Below are positions 9,058 to 20,655 of a DNA stretch of 64,000 bases, piece by piece (within the stretch, counting starts at the first letter, position 1; every line of letters starts with the position of its first letter). The translations under genes were made by a program, and so were the position numbers. The notes under the pieces were generated by a model. That model was not told the origin of the DNA. It worked only from the letters and a program-made list of their open reading frames with translations, and searched no databases. Source of the stretch: a virus (Duplodnaviria; Caudoviricetes); IMG/VR virus record IMGVR_UViG_3300032030_000028, positions 46,372 to 110,371 of that record; one strand, written 5' to 3'.

Positions 9058-11199
9058 TTACATTATTTCTAAATTCGGAACTAAGCTCGGATATATAAAT
9101 TGCCAAGCTGTATACATGTTTTTCTTATCATCCACCGATTTAAGAATATCCCGGTTATAAGAATATCCGTATTTCGCAACAAACTTAAACCATACCTCTC
9201 TTATATTCTCATATAAATCTATTGAAGTTATATACGTATTGTTTTTTATTCGCAACCTACAGTTTTCACATCCCATCTCGCCCAAAAATTCATTGACTAA
9301 TTGTTCATACCCCCCACATTCATTATCGTACTCTACAGCTCCAGCCACCGTAATTAATTTATCAGGAGTTTCAATAATTTTTTCATATAATCCCCGATGG
9401 AATCCGTGGTCTATAAAAAATGCATTGAGTGTGCCGTTGAGAATATCTAATCTTTCATAATCATTATAATCTTTATCATGCTGAGATATATCATATCCAA
9501 GATTGAATACTATCTGGGGTTGCCCATATGTTTCGCATTTATGAACTTGAGGCATCCAGGCGGACCCATATGTAGAACAATAAATAGGAATACATAAGAA
9601 ATTCAGCTCTCCATATCTATGCTCGCATATGTTGAATTCCGGGTCTCCGCAAATGGTCACATCCGCATCCGATAAAGGAAGGACATAGGATGTAATCAAA
9701 TCTTTCTTGCGCTCCGCATACCAGAAAATATCAAATGGTTCCCAATGGCATATCAGATTAATTTTCGGCCGGAAAGTCCAGTTAGGTTTCATTCCTTTGC
9801 TTAATAAGAATTCTTGTTCTCCTCTAGATAACGGCCCTTGTATATCGGTAAAATAATTTATATTCTGATTCCAATTCCACCAAGTATATCCATCCACACT
9901 TTTCATATCCAAACCGGCATGACCACGTTTGTACTTATTGTACCAATAATCCTTGATGTTTTTGATGATATAGTGATTCACCCATACTGTATCGAGACTT
10001 CCGTCTCTCCATTTAAACATATTGTAATTCACAAGATTGCCTAAACAGTCTCGAGCGGATACACCTGACGCGGACCACACCGTATGTTCATTCATATCCA
10101 AAGCCAATCCGGATCTAGATATAGTTTTATACCAGCCGTTCATATTCTCGGGTCGGCAATCTTTCCGGACATTATCCGCAATCGGCTCTGTACAATATTG
10201 ATATATTGGTTTATCTATATCAAACGATTCGGGATTTGCATGAAAACAACGCCATTGTAAGATATAAGCATCTGTATCTGGGAAAGTGTTCAAAAAGTTT
10301 TTAATGCTCGTATAAATATCTTTATTGATATTAATATATTCATCAATGTCAATAAAGGCTACCCATCTATAAATATTATCGTCGCAAAATGTTTTATATT
10401 GTGTTATTTGCTGAGCCTTGGCTCCGCGAATTTGGCGTATTTCGACTTGATTGAACTTTTTTTCCAGCCACTGATATGATTCTGGAGAATCGATATCGTT
10501 GTTGTCATAGACATATATTCTGTCAAATCCTAGTTCTAAATGCCATTTGCACCAATCTTCTAGATAATTGTTTTCTTGCTTGGCAATAGCACATATTACC
10601 GTTTCGCGAGATCGGTTCTCATATGTTTCTATAGACATAGTCAAACCAAGGTCTCCAGCGGCCTTATGCCAGGTTTCGACATCTATATCCCATTCGGGAA
10701 TATTTCTTTCTAAAATTTTATTATGCACAGTTTTTCGGATAATCGTAGTACCCTGATCAAAATCATTGAAAACATGTATAAGCAGATCATCGTGCTCTCC
10801 GGCGATTTTCAGCAGCGCTTTATAACAATCTCCATTCCACGGCCCACCAAACACCGGATCATGAGAAGCCGCACATTCAGAAATTGGCCACATATCATGA
10901 CACACAATAGTCCCCCCAGTATTCAAAAATTTAAGAGAGTTTGTAATATCTCTATATACTTGCTCATGCTGATGCAATCCATCAATGAATATTAAATCAA
11001 ACATTTGCCGGTTTATAGAGAAAAAGTCATCCGAAGCAATTATCATATTAGCGGCGGTATCCGGGTTAGGGTCCACCCCTGTTTTGAATTCGGCATTGAT
11101 TTGATTAAAAACATAACCTTCCGATACGCCGATTTCTAAATATGTTTTATATTTATATTTTTCTATTAAAAAATTTAAAAGATCTAATCTATCTTTCAT
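9058..11199 (-). CDS. SAM methyltransferase (Methyltransf_24-like) fused to a GT-A glycosyltransferase (GT92/Glyco_tranf_2_4-like)
   Basis: YLEIGV and DLIFIDGLH, then VICAIAKQENNYLEDW..GFDRIYVYDNN and WVAFIDIDEY. Confidence 0.8.
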   Translation of the reverse strand: MKDRLDLLNFLIEKYKYKTYLEIGVSEGYVFNQINAEFKTGVDPNPDTAANMIIASDDFFSINRQMFDLIFIDGLHQHEQVYRDITNSLKFLNTGGTIVCHDMWPISECAASHDPVFGGPWNGDCYKALLKIAGEHDDLLIHVFNDFDQGTTIIRKTVHNKILERNIPEWDIDVETWHKAAGDLGLTMSIETYENRSRETVICAIAKQENNYLEDWCKWHLELGFDRIYVYDNNDIDSPESYQWLEKKFNQVEIRQIRGAKAQQITQYKTFCDDNIYRWVAFIDIDEYININKDIYTSIKNFLNTFPDTDAYILQWRCFHANPESFDIDKPIYQYCTEPIADNVRKDCRPENMNGWYKTISRSGLALDMNEHTVWSASGVSARDCLGNLVNYNMFKWRDGSLDTVWVNHYIIKNIKDYWYNKYKRGHAGLDMKSVDGYTWWNWNQNINYFTDIQGPLSRGEQEFLLSKGMKPNWTFRPKINLICHWEPFDIFWYAERKKDLITSYVLPLSDADVTICGDPEFNICEHRYGELNFLCIPIYCSTYGSAWMPQVHKCETYGQPQIVFNLGYDISQHDKDYNDYERLDILNGTLNAFFIDHGFHRGLYEKIIETPDKLITVAGAVEYDNECGGYEQLVNEFLGEMGCENCRLRIKNNTYITSIDLYENIREVWFKFVAKYGYSYNRDILKSVDDKKNMYTAWQFIYPSLVPNLEIM

Positions 11200-11212
11200 A
11201 TATTAATTTTAA

Positions 11213-12019
11213 TTAAAGTTCCGGAATCCAAGCATATGTCCATTTATCTTGGAAGAAATACATCCAATTGTCAATTTCATCCCGGTTGTCCGTCATATTT
11301 ATGAACGGACGAAATCCTTCTTTTTGTGAGATTTCGGAATTATGATAATAATATTCAAACCATTTGCAGAACAAAAACCGGTTATGCATTAGGATGAACC
11401 TAGGATCCTGATACGCCATTTTATATACTGCATAGGTAAGTGCGGTTTGATTGATGCGATCTACTTGCCGGTTACTACCCCACAAGAACATGACCGTCCA
11501 GGTATGAGAATTTATAGCCTGGGTGAATTTAGTGTTTTTATATATAATCATGGTGCTCTGGAGAAGTCCTTCAGAGTGATAATTTGCGTCGTCTAAATAT
11601 CGTACTACTCTTTCCGCATCTTCTTTTGAAAAACCATAATATCCATAATAAGCCCATCTATTCACTTCCGTCCGAATATCATTGACTATGGTATTCTGCA
11701 ATGTACCATATTCCCAATTTTCATTTTCAAACTTTTTCAATACATCAATAGGATCTTTTTTTATTTGAATAGATCCATCTATATATAAGCAAATATCGGT
11801 GTTGACAAATTCAAATGGGTGATATCGGACATATGCCCACCGATCCTGCCCTTCGGGGTAATCTAAAAGCTGAGGATAATATAATATCTTCCAAGTTTCG
11901 GACCGGAGGTCTGGATTATCGGTTACCATTATATATTCTATATCGGGGTTTGGATCAAGGACTTCCCGGACCATTTCGTATCCGGAAAATATACAAGACA
12001 ATATACTATATTTAGGCAT
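11213..12019 (-). CDS. DUF616-like putative glycosyltransferase
   Basis: SCIFSGYE, IMVTDN, CLYIDGS and DRINQ pattern typical of DUF616. Confidence 0.6.
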   Translation of the reverse strand: MPKYSILSCIFSGYEMVREVLDPNPDIEYIMVTDNPDLRSETWKILYYPQLLDYPEGQDRWAYVRYHPFEFVNTDICLYIDGSIQIKKDPIDVLKKFENENWEYGTLQNTIVNDIRTEVNRWAYYGYYGFSKEDAERVVRYLDDANYHSEGLLQSTMIIYKNTKFTQAINSHTWTVMFLWGSNRQVDRINQTALTYAVYKMAYQDPRFILMHNRFLFCKWFEYYYHNSEISQKEGFRPFINMTDNRDEIDNWMYFFQDKWTYAWIPEL

Positions 12020-12118
12020 ATCGATTTAATGATTTATAATATAATATTATATTTCTTTTCGAAATTTCCAAATCCACACGTATAATATATTTATTTTTTT
12101 ATCAAGGAATTTGTTAAT

Positions 12119-14164
12119 ATGTGGAGTAATAAAATATACGATCATGGCATAGACACCCAGCCATTTAAAAGCATCTTGCCGTACGATCGGGTAGATATAG
12201 ATAATGATGTAGTAAATGACATGAACTATTATCGTCATTGGGGAATATTCGGTCTTAAAGACGAACCTTCCTTGATGGTGTGGACTCGTATGACGAATGG
12301 AAAATTAGAATATTATATTCCGGCGCATAAAGATATCAATGATCAGATGATTCCGGAAGTAAAAAATATTCCGGAAGATCAGGTATATTACACGGATAAA
12401 AGAAACCCGCGCATAGGCACCAAATCATTATTTAATAATGTTAATGCAGTAGCATTTCAACCCGAATATGCTGTGCATGCCAATGCTCCCTTGATTGATT
12501 CTAGAGAAGTCCGTAAAAGAATGCGAGATTTAGGAGATTGCTCTATTAAAGCTCTTGTCAATGCTTCCCAGGAGGGACGCATGGGGCGGGCGGTATATGA
12601 TTATAACGACTTTATGTTCTGCAAATATCTGGGGCAAGTTTCTAATAACTATCTAATAACATTAAGAAGATTTCCATTTCCTGCGGGTGATAATATCAAT
12701 CTAGTTTTACATGGGGAAGATGCGAATGAGATCACTACTCAAAAACATATGCCGGACGTCGGTCGATTGGTGACATGGATGGGAACTCCAGGTAATGATC
12801 TGGAAAATATATTAAAATATAAGGTTTTGATGCCGTATAAGGAACTCACCTCTACTATAGAGCAAACCAGTGGTGGGGGTGAAGGCGGTGGAATTATGGG
12901 TACTATTACAAACTTGACTAGCCCAGCATACGCTCATAATGTTTATCTAGGACGTGCCGGATCGGGGTCTATAGCTCATTTACAAGCATTGACCCAAACT
13001 CGTCTCGGTGGCATGATGGGAATGGGAAGAATTGGTAATTTATTGCAAGGACCTCGAGATGAAGGAGCTTCCGGGCATATGGATCGAACTAAAAACTATG
13101 GACCCGTAGATGTTATTGCTAAAACTCATATTCGCGAAGGTGGAGAAGATGGAGGATTGCGTTTCGAACAAGATATTAATTTAACGTTTGATTATGAGTT
13201 GAGATCGTATGATAATATCAACACAAGGGCGGCTTTTTTGGATTTACTAGCTAATATATTAGCCGTGACCTATGTAGACGGCCGGTTCTGGGGAGGTGCT
13301 TACATGGGGACTGGTGTATCTCAGAATAAATTGTTTTCAAACCTCCCTATATATAATCTAAAACAACCCTTTAATTTTGGAGACATATATAATGCCGGAG
13401 TAGCTTCATTAAAAATGATTGCGACGGAATTAAATGGCGGCAAGCCTATAACAGGTACTAAAGATATCGTGAATGCGGTAGTTCAATTAGGTAAAAATAT
13501 GCTCACGGTAGTTGCTGGTGGCTTGCTGAACGGACTAGGTCGTCCGCAAAGACAGGCAGTTAATTCGTTGTTGACTAACGCCCCGGTAGGTCTTTGGCAT
13601 CTTACCATAGGCAATCCAAAACATCCTATCATGTCTATGGGAAATATGATTCTTGATGATGTTAATATTCAACATTACGGGAGGCTAGGTTTAGATGATT
13701 TCCCGGTCGGGTTGAGAGTCAGCATTACCTTAAAACATGGCATGCCCCGGGATGCTAAAGGCATTGAGCATATGTATATGATGGGAGATTCTCGAATATA
13801 TCAGCATATGGATGAAGATCTGCTTTATATGTACGAAGAAGCTCAATCTTTAGATACTAAACCTAAAAATAAAAAAGGCGGCGGTAATTCCGGCAAAGTG
13901 AAAAATTCAATGAAAAGCCTGAAAGAAGTAAACGATACTATAGGGACGTATGCCGGAAGAATTGCTAGAATGGTTACCGATATCCTACACGGCAACCCTA
14001 ATGCCGACGTTGATACGATTGAAAAATCTATAATGAATAGGTTAGGTCAAGTTCAGGGATTTGCTCGAATAGTCAAGCAGTTTGGCACCAATTCACTCCG
14101 GCAGATCATTATAGCTGCTAAAGAAAGCTATAAGGGTAACGATAAAATATCTAAAAATTCGTAG
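12119..14164 (+). CDS. Putative baseplate/tail structural protein
   Basis: 681 aa. C-terminal WHLTIGNP..LDDFPVGLRVSITLKH resembles tube-like baseplate domains; lies in a structural operon. Confidence 0.45.
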   Translation: MWSNKIYDHGIDTQPFKSILPYDRVDIDNDVVNDMNYYRHWGIFGLKDEPSLMVWTRMTNGKLEYYIPAHKDINDQMIPEVKNIPEDQVYYTDKRNPRIGTKSLFNNVNAVAFQPEYAVHANAPLIDSREVRKRMRDLGDCSIKALVNASQEGRMGRAVYDYNDFMFCKYLGQVSNNYLITLRRFPFPAGDNINLVLHGEDANEITTQKHMPDVGRLVTWMGTPGNDLENILKYKVLMPYKELTSTIEQTSGGGEGGGIMGTITNLTSPAYAHNVYLGRAGSGSIAHLQALTQTRLGGMMGMGRIGNLLQGPRDEGASGHMDRTKNYGPVDVIAKTHIREGGEDGGLRFEQDINLTFDYELRSYDNINTRAAFLDLLANILAVTYVDGRFWGGAYMGTGVSQNKLFSNLPIYNLKQPFNFGDIYNAGVASLKMIATELNGGKPITGTKDIVNAVVQLGKNMLTVVAGGLLNGLGRPQRQAVNSLLTNAPVGLWHLTIGNPKHPIMSMGNMILDDVNIQHYGRLGLDDFPVGLRVSITLKHGMPRDAKGIEHMYMMGDSRIYQHMDEDLLYMYEEAQSLDTKPKNKKGGGNSGKVKNSMKSLKEVNDTIGTYAGRIARMVTDILHGNPNADVDTIEKSIMNRLGQVQGFARIVKQFGTNSLRQIIIAAKESYKGNDKISKNS

Positions 14165-14207
14165 TAAGAAATACAATATAAATTAGTATAATATATAAAA
14201 ACAACAT

Positions 14208-17200
14208 ATGAATTCAATTACCGAATGTTTAAAACAGATAACCTCCCTGACTAAGAAAAATCTTCAATTATTGAAGATGATCAATGATTCCTTTTATACT
14301 AGAAAAAATCATCTGGTATCTATAGTCGATGGGGAGCAATACGTAGTTCCGTCTTTCTTGTCTTTAGAAAGCAAGATTGATAATCTGGAAGCTAATTTAC
14401 AAAATATTTTAGATGCTCCAAAAACAGGAGAGGCTTTTACTTATTTCGATGGCACTACTCAGAGAATAGAGCTATCCGGATATTCTAATACACCACCGAA
14501 AACGAATCTCATACCACCGAATTCATTCGTTTCATCTATCAATCATATTTTTAAAGATTTTATGTCTCCCCAACCTACGGTTCGATTCGATATCGGGGGT
14601 ATTTCTAATACAATCAAACACGTATTAGTTAAAAAGGTATCTATTCGCAATCCTATTTTGTTAGGGTTGGTTTTAGATAATGTAGTATCCGGGGAATCGG
14701 ATATTTCCGAAGATGGAACTAAAAAGCGCGGGTCTATAGAATATGGTGATCTTGTCAAAACTTTATTTAATTATGAAAATGGAGTAGAATATGAAGATTA
14801 TGACACAATAAAAAGACTGCCTTTAAGAATGGATAATCCTACCGGCGAATACGATATTTTAGAAATTGTAGATACTTGGCAGGATGAGAATTTTGAAGAG
14901 CATTATATTCTCCGATTAGATAAAGATTTGATATATTATGTGCGAAATGGTACTATTCAAAAAAATATCATGATAGGAGACTACTTAGTCAGCTATAATG
15001 ACAAAGTAGAGATGATCGTGGAAGATACGAATCCCGTAAATAGAACTATTACGGTTAAGATACTACACGGTGCATATGCTGAACTTTGCGATGTTCTTTC
15101 CGGAAATACTGATCTATATAGGCTTAAATATCATAAAGTTAATGATGAAGTATTTTCGGCGACAAAATATGTCGAAGTCCCATTGGAGGAAGATGAACAC
15201 GTATGTATATTTATCGCGCCGATTAACGATACCACTAACACACAAGCCGCTTTCGGCACTGGGGCTTATTTATATACAGATTATCTTGAAGATGAATCGG
15301 GAAATGATTTCCGAACATATTATACGGATAATGTAAATAATATTGGAGATGCCTTATTCGCTATCACTAATATGATGAACGACGACGATCAAGTGGAAAA
15401 ACTTACCGGATCAGAATTTCTAGCGCTTTCTGCCGTTAAGCCGGTATTGGGGACGGAAAGTATTACCGTATATCAGATCAACAAACACCTGAATGATTCG
15501 GAGAGCGTCAAAAAAATACGTAATTTATACAATCAAAAAGTTCATTATAAAAACGAATTATCCGATATTGAAAAGAAAATTGATGATATTAATAATATTT
15601 TAGCGGACTCATCTTTTGATGATACCGACGAAACCAGAGAGGCTTACAAATCTCAGCTTCGGGAATTGAATGCTCAAAGAAAGGAGCTTGCCCAAAACGT
15701 CACTTCCGTCATCCAAGAGATTTCCGAGAACGCCAATTCTTCAGACACTCCTATTGAAAATGCTAAATACCACATCCGCGGGTTTGTGGACACCGGTAAT
15801 TTTGATAACGCCTCCGTTATAGGTTTGGATGTAGAATACAGATATAAAAACAAAAACAAATTTACGGGCAATGCCGAAACAATCGGTGAATCTTATATTT
15901 ACTCTGATTGGAATAAAATGGATTCGTTTATGAATGTAAAAACTCCAGCATATGATCCCATTACCGGTAAATATTCGTATAAATGGGGGGACCACAATGA
16001 ATCTATGAATGAGCCTTCTTTTAATCAAATAGATATCCCCATATCTCAAGGCGAAAATGTAGATATCCGGGTTCGATTCATTTATAATTTGGGCTGGCCA
16101 TTGATTACTTTCCGTTCGGATTGGTCCGAAATATTAAATGTAGATTTTCCCGAAGAATTTGTCAAAGATATAGAAATACTGGATATCATAGAAGAGAATA
16201 ACTCGGATATCAAACAACAACAATTTATTGGAATTCTAGAAAAAGAAGGAATTTTAGACCATGTATATGATAAAATCAGAGACATGGATCTTACATATTT
16301 TCATCAGCCGGAACATATCGCCAGTGGATTTTATACGCCCGAACGCCGGATAATTCCGCTTTCAGACCAATTAGCGACTATGGCCCGAGCACTATCCGAT
16401 TTGCAGACGGAAGTTAATGGAGCTACCGCACAATTAGTGTTAACCTTATCGGATGGGATCCAAGAATCAACACTGTTGCCCGGAATAATGAATAACTTTA
16501 GAGTCCGGTCTTATGTCGATGCTGTCAACGAGGGCGATTATCAAACTATGAAATTTGTTCGTGATCCTTTACATCCCGACGAAACATTAGACGCACCCCT
16601 GGCCGTATCTAATTTGGTTATTAATATCTATAATCCATCTGAATACGTTATTAAACTACATTCTTTATTCCCGGGAGACAATTCCACAATATTGGATGAT
16701 TCTCTCTCTTCTAATAGGTTCGGATATTTGAATTATGTCGGTGGCGGATATTGTACAACCGAAAACACCGATCCAAAATCTTCTAATATCGGAGGATATA
16801 ATTATGATCCGTCCGCGGGTGTATGGATGATGATGTCCGATATCGATAACCCTAACCAACAAAGGATTCTTCAAAGACAAAATCAATTTTTATATTTCAG
16901 AACGGTAGTGGATGGTAAATCTTTATATACCGTAGGGTTATATGATGGGAACTCGTTTAATAACACTAGACAATCCGTATCGGACGATAACTTCAATGGC
17001 AAGTTCCCGGAAAATCTATTGTCCGCCAGAAACAACAATATACTCGAATTAGAAGATTATTTATATTATATGTACGATAGTTCCGATGTTTTATATAAAG
17101 GAATCGCCGGTTTATATCCAAGTATTGGAGGCATAGAAGAAATATGTGCCCCCACCGGATCTAGTTTTTATGAATTAAAACCCGGAGAATCCGTACAAAT

Positions 17201-17495
17201 TCCTTTGAATTTCGCTTATTGGATTTCTAACAATAAGAGTTCATCTATCCAATCCGCCGGAGATCTTTCTTCTAATGTAGAGGCGAAAATGAAACCCTAT
17301 ATTAACAAAATATCCCGAGCAATTGCATTTGATATCCGGACATCTTTATTTACGGACCCGGTAACTTATAAAATCACGGTATCCGCACATTACCAAGACC
17401 TGCAGACATTCAAATCTACTAGAGTTAATAAACAATCCGTAAAAAAACAATATTCCCCCACTACTGTGGTAACCCAACTTAAAATCGGCAAATAG
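14208..17495 (+). CDS. Large putative virion structural protein
   Basis: 1095 aa with a central coiled coil, immediately upstream of the gp15- and gp5-like genes. Confidence 0.5.
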   Translation: MNSITECLKQITSLTKKNLQLLKMINDSFYTRKNHLVSIVDGEQYVVPSFLSLESKIDNLEANLQNILDAPKTGEAFTYFDGTTQRIELSGYSNTPPKTNLIPPNSFVSSINHIFKDFMSPQPTVRFDIGGISNTIKHVLVKKVSIRNPILLGLVLDNVVSGESDISEDGTKKRGSIEYGDLVKTLFNYENGVEYEDYDTIKRLPLRMDNPTGEYDILEIVDTWQDENFEEHYILRLDKDLIYYVRNGTIQKNIMIGDYLVSYNDKVEMIVEDTNPVNRTITVKILHGAYAELCDVLSGNTDLYRLKYHKVNDEVFSATKYVEVPLEEDEHVCIFIAPINDTTNTQAAFGTGAYLYTDYLEDESGNDFRTYYTDNVNNIGDALFAITNMMNDDDQVEKLTGSEFLALSAVKPVLGTESITVYQINKHLNDSESVKKIRNLYNQKVHYKNELSDIEKKIDDINNILADSSFDDTDETREAYKSQLRELNAQRKELAQNVTSVIQEISENANSSDTPIENAKYHIRGFVDTGNFDNASVIGLDVEYRYKNKNKFTGNAETIGESYIYSDWNKMDSFMNVKTPAYDPITGKYSYKWGDHNESMNEPSFNQIDIPISQGENVDIRVRFIYNLGWPLITFRSDWSEILNVDFPEEFVKDIEILDIIEENNSDIKQQQFIGILEKEGILDHVYDKIRDMDLTYFHQPEHIASGFYTPERRIIPLSDQLATMARALSDLQTEVNGATAQLVLTLSDGIQESTLLPGIMNNFRVRSYVDAVNEGDYQTMKFVRDPLHPDETLDAPLAVSNLVINIYNPSEYVIKLHSLFPGDNSTILDDSLSSNRFGYLNYVGGGYCTTENTDPKSSNIGGYNYDPSAGVWMMMSDIDNPNQQRILQRQNQFLYFRTVVDGKSLYTVGLYDGNSFNNTRQSVSDDNFNGKFPENLLSARNNNILELEDYLYYMYDSSDVLYKGIAGLYPSIGGIEEICAPTGSSFYELKPGESVQIPLNFAYWISNNKSSSIQSAGDLSSNVEAKMKPYINKISRAIAFDIRTSLFTDPVTYKITVSAHYQDLQTFKSTRVNKQSVKKQYSPTTVVTQLKIGK

Positions 17496-17497
17496 AT

Positions 17498-18394
17498 ATG
17501 ATGACGCAAGAAGAAAAAGATATTATATATAAAATTCGCAAAGGAGAGATAGATGTGAATAACCAACAGATATTCCTATCTCTCCTCATAAAGGGTTTGA
17601 TATGGAATCTTAATCAGCATATTAAAATCCGAGATATAGATGTACCACATTTTATCATCAATACCGGTGATGATATTATGTACTTAGAAGTCAAAGGCCA
17701 GGATCATTCTATAGAACCATTGGAGGTCTCTAATGAGAGCTTTGTATATAATACGGTCCCTAGATGCCTAGTCACCCCGGAAGGTATATCCATCCCTACC
17801 GATGACTTATCCTCTCCATACTCTAATGGTATGTTCCAATATGAATCCGAAGATGATATATACAGCTACACGGCGGAATTCCGGAGATTACCTATGGAAA
17901 TAACAGTATCTTTGAAATATTATTTTGATTCATATACGGATTCTTTGGAAGGCATCCAACAAATCCTGACACATTGTGCGTTTATCAACATATTTGACAT
18001 ACAATATTTAGGCCAGACCATCCGATCCAGCTATCAAATATCGGACCAATATGAATCCCAATTCCAAGTAGAATTCGATGGTTTAAGCCAAGATAATAAA
18101 TGCCGGGTAGTAGAAACGGACATTACCATAGATACTAATATGCCGATTATATACCCAAGAACCGCCATTTTAGGAGACCGATTTATCAAAACCGCGATAC
18201 ATGAATTAAAAGTGTCCGATAAAGACGAGATCCAAAAGCGGTATATTCGTCAAATGGACGTATGCAATATTTGCAAAAACAAATATCGGACGGCGCTTCA
18301 AGGCGAAAACTATGTATGCCCAACATATCTCTCATATAGAGATTCGGAAATTGAGATTCCGGAAGATAATTGCCCGGATTTTGAAGGTTTCTAA
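17498..18394 (+). CDS. T4 gp15-like tail terminator/sheath stabiliser
   Basis: RRLPMEITVSLKYYFDSYTDSLEGIQQIL resembles the gp15 core. Confidence 0.55.
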   Translation: MMTQEEKDIIYKIRKGEIDVNNQQIFLSLLIKGLIWNLNQHIKIRDIDVPHFIINTGDDIMYLEVKGQDHSIEPLEVSNESFVYNTVPRCLVTPEGISIPTDDLSSPYSNGMFQYESEDDIYSYTAEFRRLPMEITVSLKYYFDSYTDSLEGIQQILTHCAFINIFDIQYLGQTIRSSYQISDQYESQFQVEFDGLSQDNKCRVVETDITIDTNMPIIYPRTAILGDRFIKTAIHELKVSDKDEIQKRYIRQMDVCNICKNKYRTALQGENYVCPTYLSYRDSEIEIPEDNCPDFEGF

Positions 18395-18429
18395 TTTCAA
18401 AAATATGTCTAAAAGAAAAATAAAAATTT

Positions 18430-19122
18430 ATGAAACTAAGATTTGGAGAATTACGGCCAGGAAAAGTGCTGCGCGTCGAAGACGCTTATGGCACCATCAA
18501 AGGAAGTTGTCTCGGGATGTTTGCTGAAACCGAAGATCCGGATAACCTGCCCCCCATGTTTCCGAATCCATTAGGACAAACTTCTTCGACTTCTTTCTGC
18601 CAACCTCATGAAGGGGATCTTATTTGGGTAATGTCTTTCTCGGACAATCCATGGGCTTTATATTATTCATTCCAAAACAGCGCAGGGCATCATAATAAAG
18701 AAATTTTAGATAAGAACTATAAAGATGCGGAAATTCTTCTGAGACGGAAAAATGAATCCGGAGAAGATGCTACGATGGAATATAATAGCGAGGATGGATC
18801 CGTTGTTCGAAACGGCAAAGCGGTATACCAAGCTGACCAAAAAGGTAATCTCCATATGGAGAGAGACGGAGACCATAGAACTATAGAAATTAATGAAACC
18901 GGAATATCTATAGGGAGTTCCGAAAAAAGCGATCAACCCGCAGTTTTGGGTGATGCCTGTGAATCCGCTTTTAAGGGTATTTATAAATGTCTAGCTCAAA
19001 TCGCGGAAGTGTGCCGGGAAAATACTTATACCGCAGCCATCGCTCCAGCCATAGAAAATGTATTACCCGAAATCAGAAGTCATATAGAGCAAATAAAATC
19101 GGAATACGTAACATTAGATTGA
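18430..19122 (+). CDS. gp5/gpV-like OB-fold baseplate spike protein
   Basis: GKVLRVED..LP..PHEGDLIWVM OB-fold pattern; C-terminal IGS..AVLGD. Confidence 0.6.
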   Translation: MKLRFGELRPGKVLRVEDAYGTIKGSCLGMFAETEDPDNLPPMFPNPLGQTSSTSFCQPHEGDLIWVMSFSDNPWALYYSFQNSAGHHNKEILDKNYKDAEILLRRKNESGEDATMEYNSEDGSVVRNGKAVYQADQKGNLHMERDGDHRTIEINETGISIGSSEKSDQPAVLGDACESAFKGIYKCLAQIAEVCRENTYTAAIAPAIENVLPEIRSHIEQIKSEYVTLD

Positions 19123-19124
19123 TT

Positions 19125-19964
19125 ATGGAAAATAATATGATAGATAAATCCATAGCGGTAGCGGAAAATCTAAGTGAAGATGTTATAAAAACCGCTATGA
19201 GCACCCTTAGCGGAGCCGCCGGGAAGATCAGTGATAAGCTTCATTCGATTCTGGATACGCTACAGGAATTTAAAAATTATAAACCCAAAGATCCATTTGA
19301 AGAAGAGGATAAGAAAATGGGATTATTGCCCGAAGAAACTCCTTCCGAAGAAACTCCTTCCGAAGAAACTGCTCCGTCTAAAACCAAAAAACTCAAAGAA
19401 AAATTTATGCAGGGGGTGAAAAATATCATCCCCGGATTAGATATTGATACTGTTTTAGATAAATTGGCTTCCAAATGCAAACCATTACAAGCCGCTATGG
19501 GGCCTATTAAAGATTCGATTTATCATATTAAGGAAAACAAACGATTATCTCCCGAAGAGAAAGCCACCCGCATTCAAACATTGCGGGAACAAAGACAAAA
19601 ACAGATAGACGATTGGAAAAAATCACAAAAAGATTATGTTTCGCACATTATAGATGATATTAAAGCCGATTTTGATGAAATTAAATTCGGAGTAGAAAAT
19701 TTAACGGCAACAGTTCCCATCGTCTCATCCCAATTAGCATTACCTACATTTATAGGCACCGGAAGCCCCAATCCTGCTAGGGTAGCGGCAGACTTCTTGG
19801 CAACAAAACGCATGCTTATGAGTATGGTTCATCCATTGCAAACAGCCGCCCGTAAATTTTTAGATAATTGCGACAGAATAGATTTTGATATACCTGAACC
19901 GGTATTGGATATATTAGAGGGTATTGCTAGCCTTGAATATCTAATTAGTAAACTTCCCGGATAA
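19125..19964 (+). CDS. Hypothetical protein with a triple EETPS repeat
   Basis: Start reassigned to ATG 19125, just after the upstream stop. 15-bp repeat at about 19331-19375. Confidence 0.6.
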   Translation: MENNMIDKSIAVAENLSEDVIKTAMSTLSGAAGKISDKLHSILDTLQEFKNYKPKDPFEEEDKKMGLLPEETPSEETPSEETAPSKTKKLKEKFMQGVKNIIPGLDIDTVLDKLASKCKPLQAAMGPIKDSIYHIKENKRLSPEEKATRIQTLREQRQKQIDDWKKSQKDYVSHIIDDIKADFDEIKFGVENLTATVPIVSSQLALPTFIGTGSPNPARVAADFLATKRMLMSMVHPLQTAARKFLDNCDRIDFDIPEPVLDILEGIASLEYLISKLPG

Positions 19965-19998
19965 TAATTAAAATAAAGCGCAAAAACATATCAAAAAC

Positions 19999-20049
19999 AA
20001 GCGATCGTATCTTAGATGACTAGTTATATCACTTAAGGTACGATCGCTT
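19999..20049. repeat. 51-bp intergenic palindromic element, copy 2
   Basis: Nearly identical to 8982-9032; between convergent genes. Confidence 0.85.
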
Positions 20050-20073
20050 GTTATATCGCAGATATGCGAGTTT

Positions 20074-20655
20074 TTACTTAGGAAGTTTATTTTGGGGCAG
20101 TGCTTTATTGATCTCCGTTCTCTTAACGGCCAATCCCATCCTTGTGGCGATATCTATAGTTTCGTCATCCATATCGGCTTTGGGATTATCCGGATTATAT
20201 GGGGCTAATAGATTATTAGTGTCTAAGAAACCATAAAACAATCCTTCTACATGCCGATCAAAAGATTTTTGAAAAATATCATACGCATATTTAAGTTCTA
20301 TATATTTAGATGGAGTACATATCACTACCATATTAGATCCTCTCGGACGAGAATAATCCGTGATCTTCCGTATCTTCTTCGCATATTTATCTTGAGCATC
20401 ATTGCCAAAATATGTCATCCTGTCTACATTGCAGTATATGATAGCCACTTGCCGGAAAAGATCCCGACATTTATAACCGGATATCTTGAAAAAGTAGACC
20501 TGTTCTTTTTCATCATACAAGTCTTCTTCCGTGATCCCATATTTTTGCATTAATGAATTCAACAAGGATTCCGCCGAGATTTTTTCACCACCTTCACCCT
20601 GTTCGGCAAGAGCCCTGACTTTGTTGATTTTATTAATGATATCGTCTTTTGTCAT
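20074..20655 (-). CDS. DUF2786-like protein
   Basis: N-terminal KINKVRALAEQG..GEK..A..LMQKYGI. Confidence 0.6.
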   Translation of the reverse strand: MTKDDIINKINKVRALAEQGEGGEKISAESLLNSLMQKYGITEEDLYDEKEQVYFFKISGYKCRDLFRQVAIIYCNVDRMTYFGNDAQDKYAKKIRKITDYSRPRGSNMVVICTPSKYIELKYAYDIFQKSFDRHVEGLFYGFLDTNNLLAPYNPDNPKADMDDETIDIATRMGLAVKRTEINKALPQNKLPK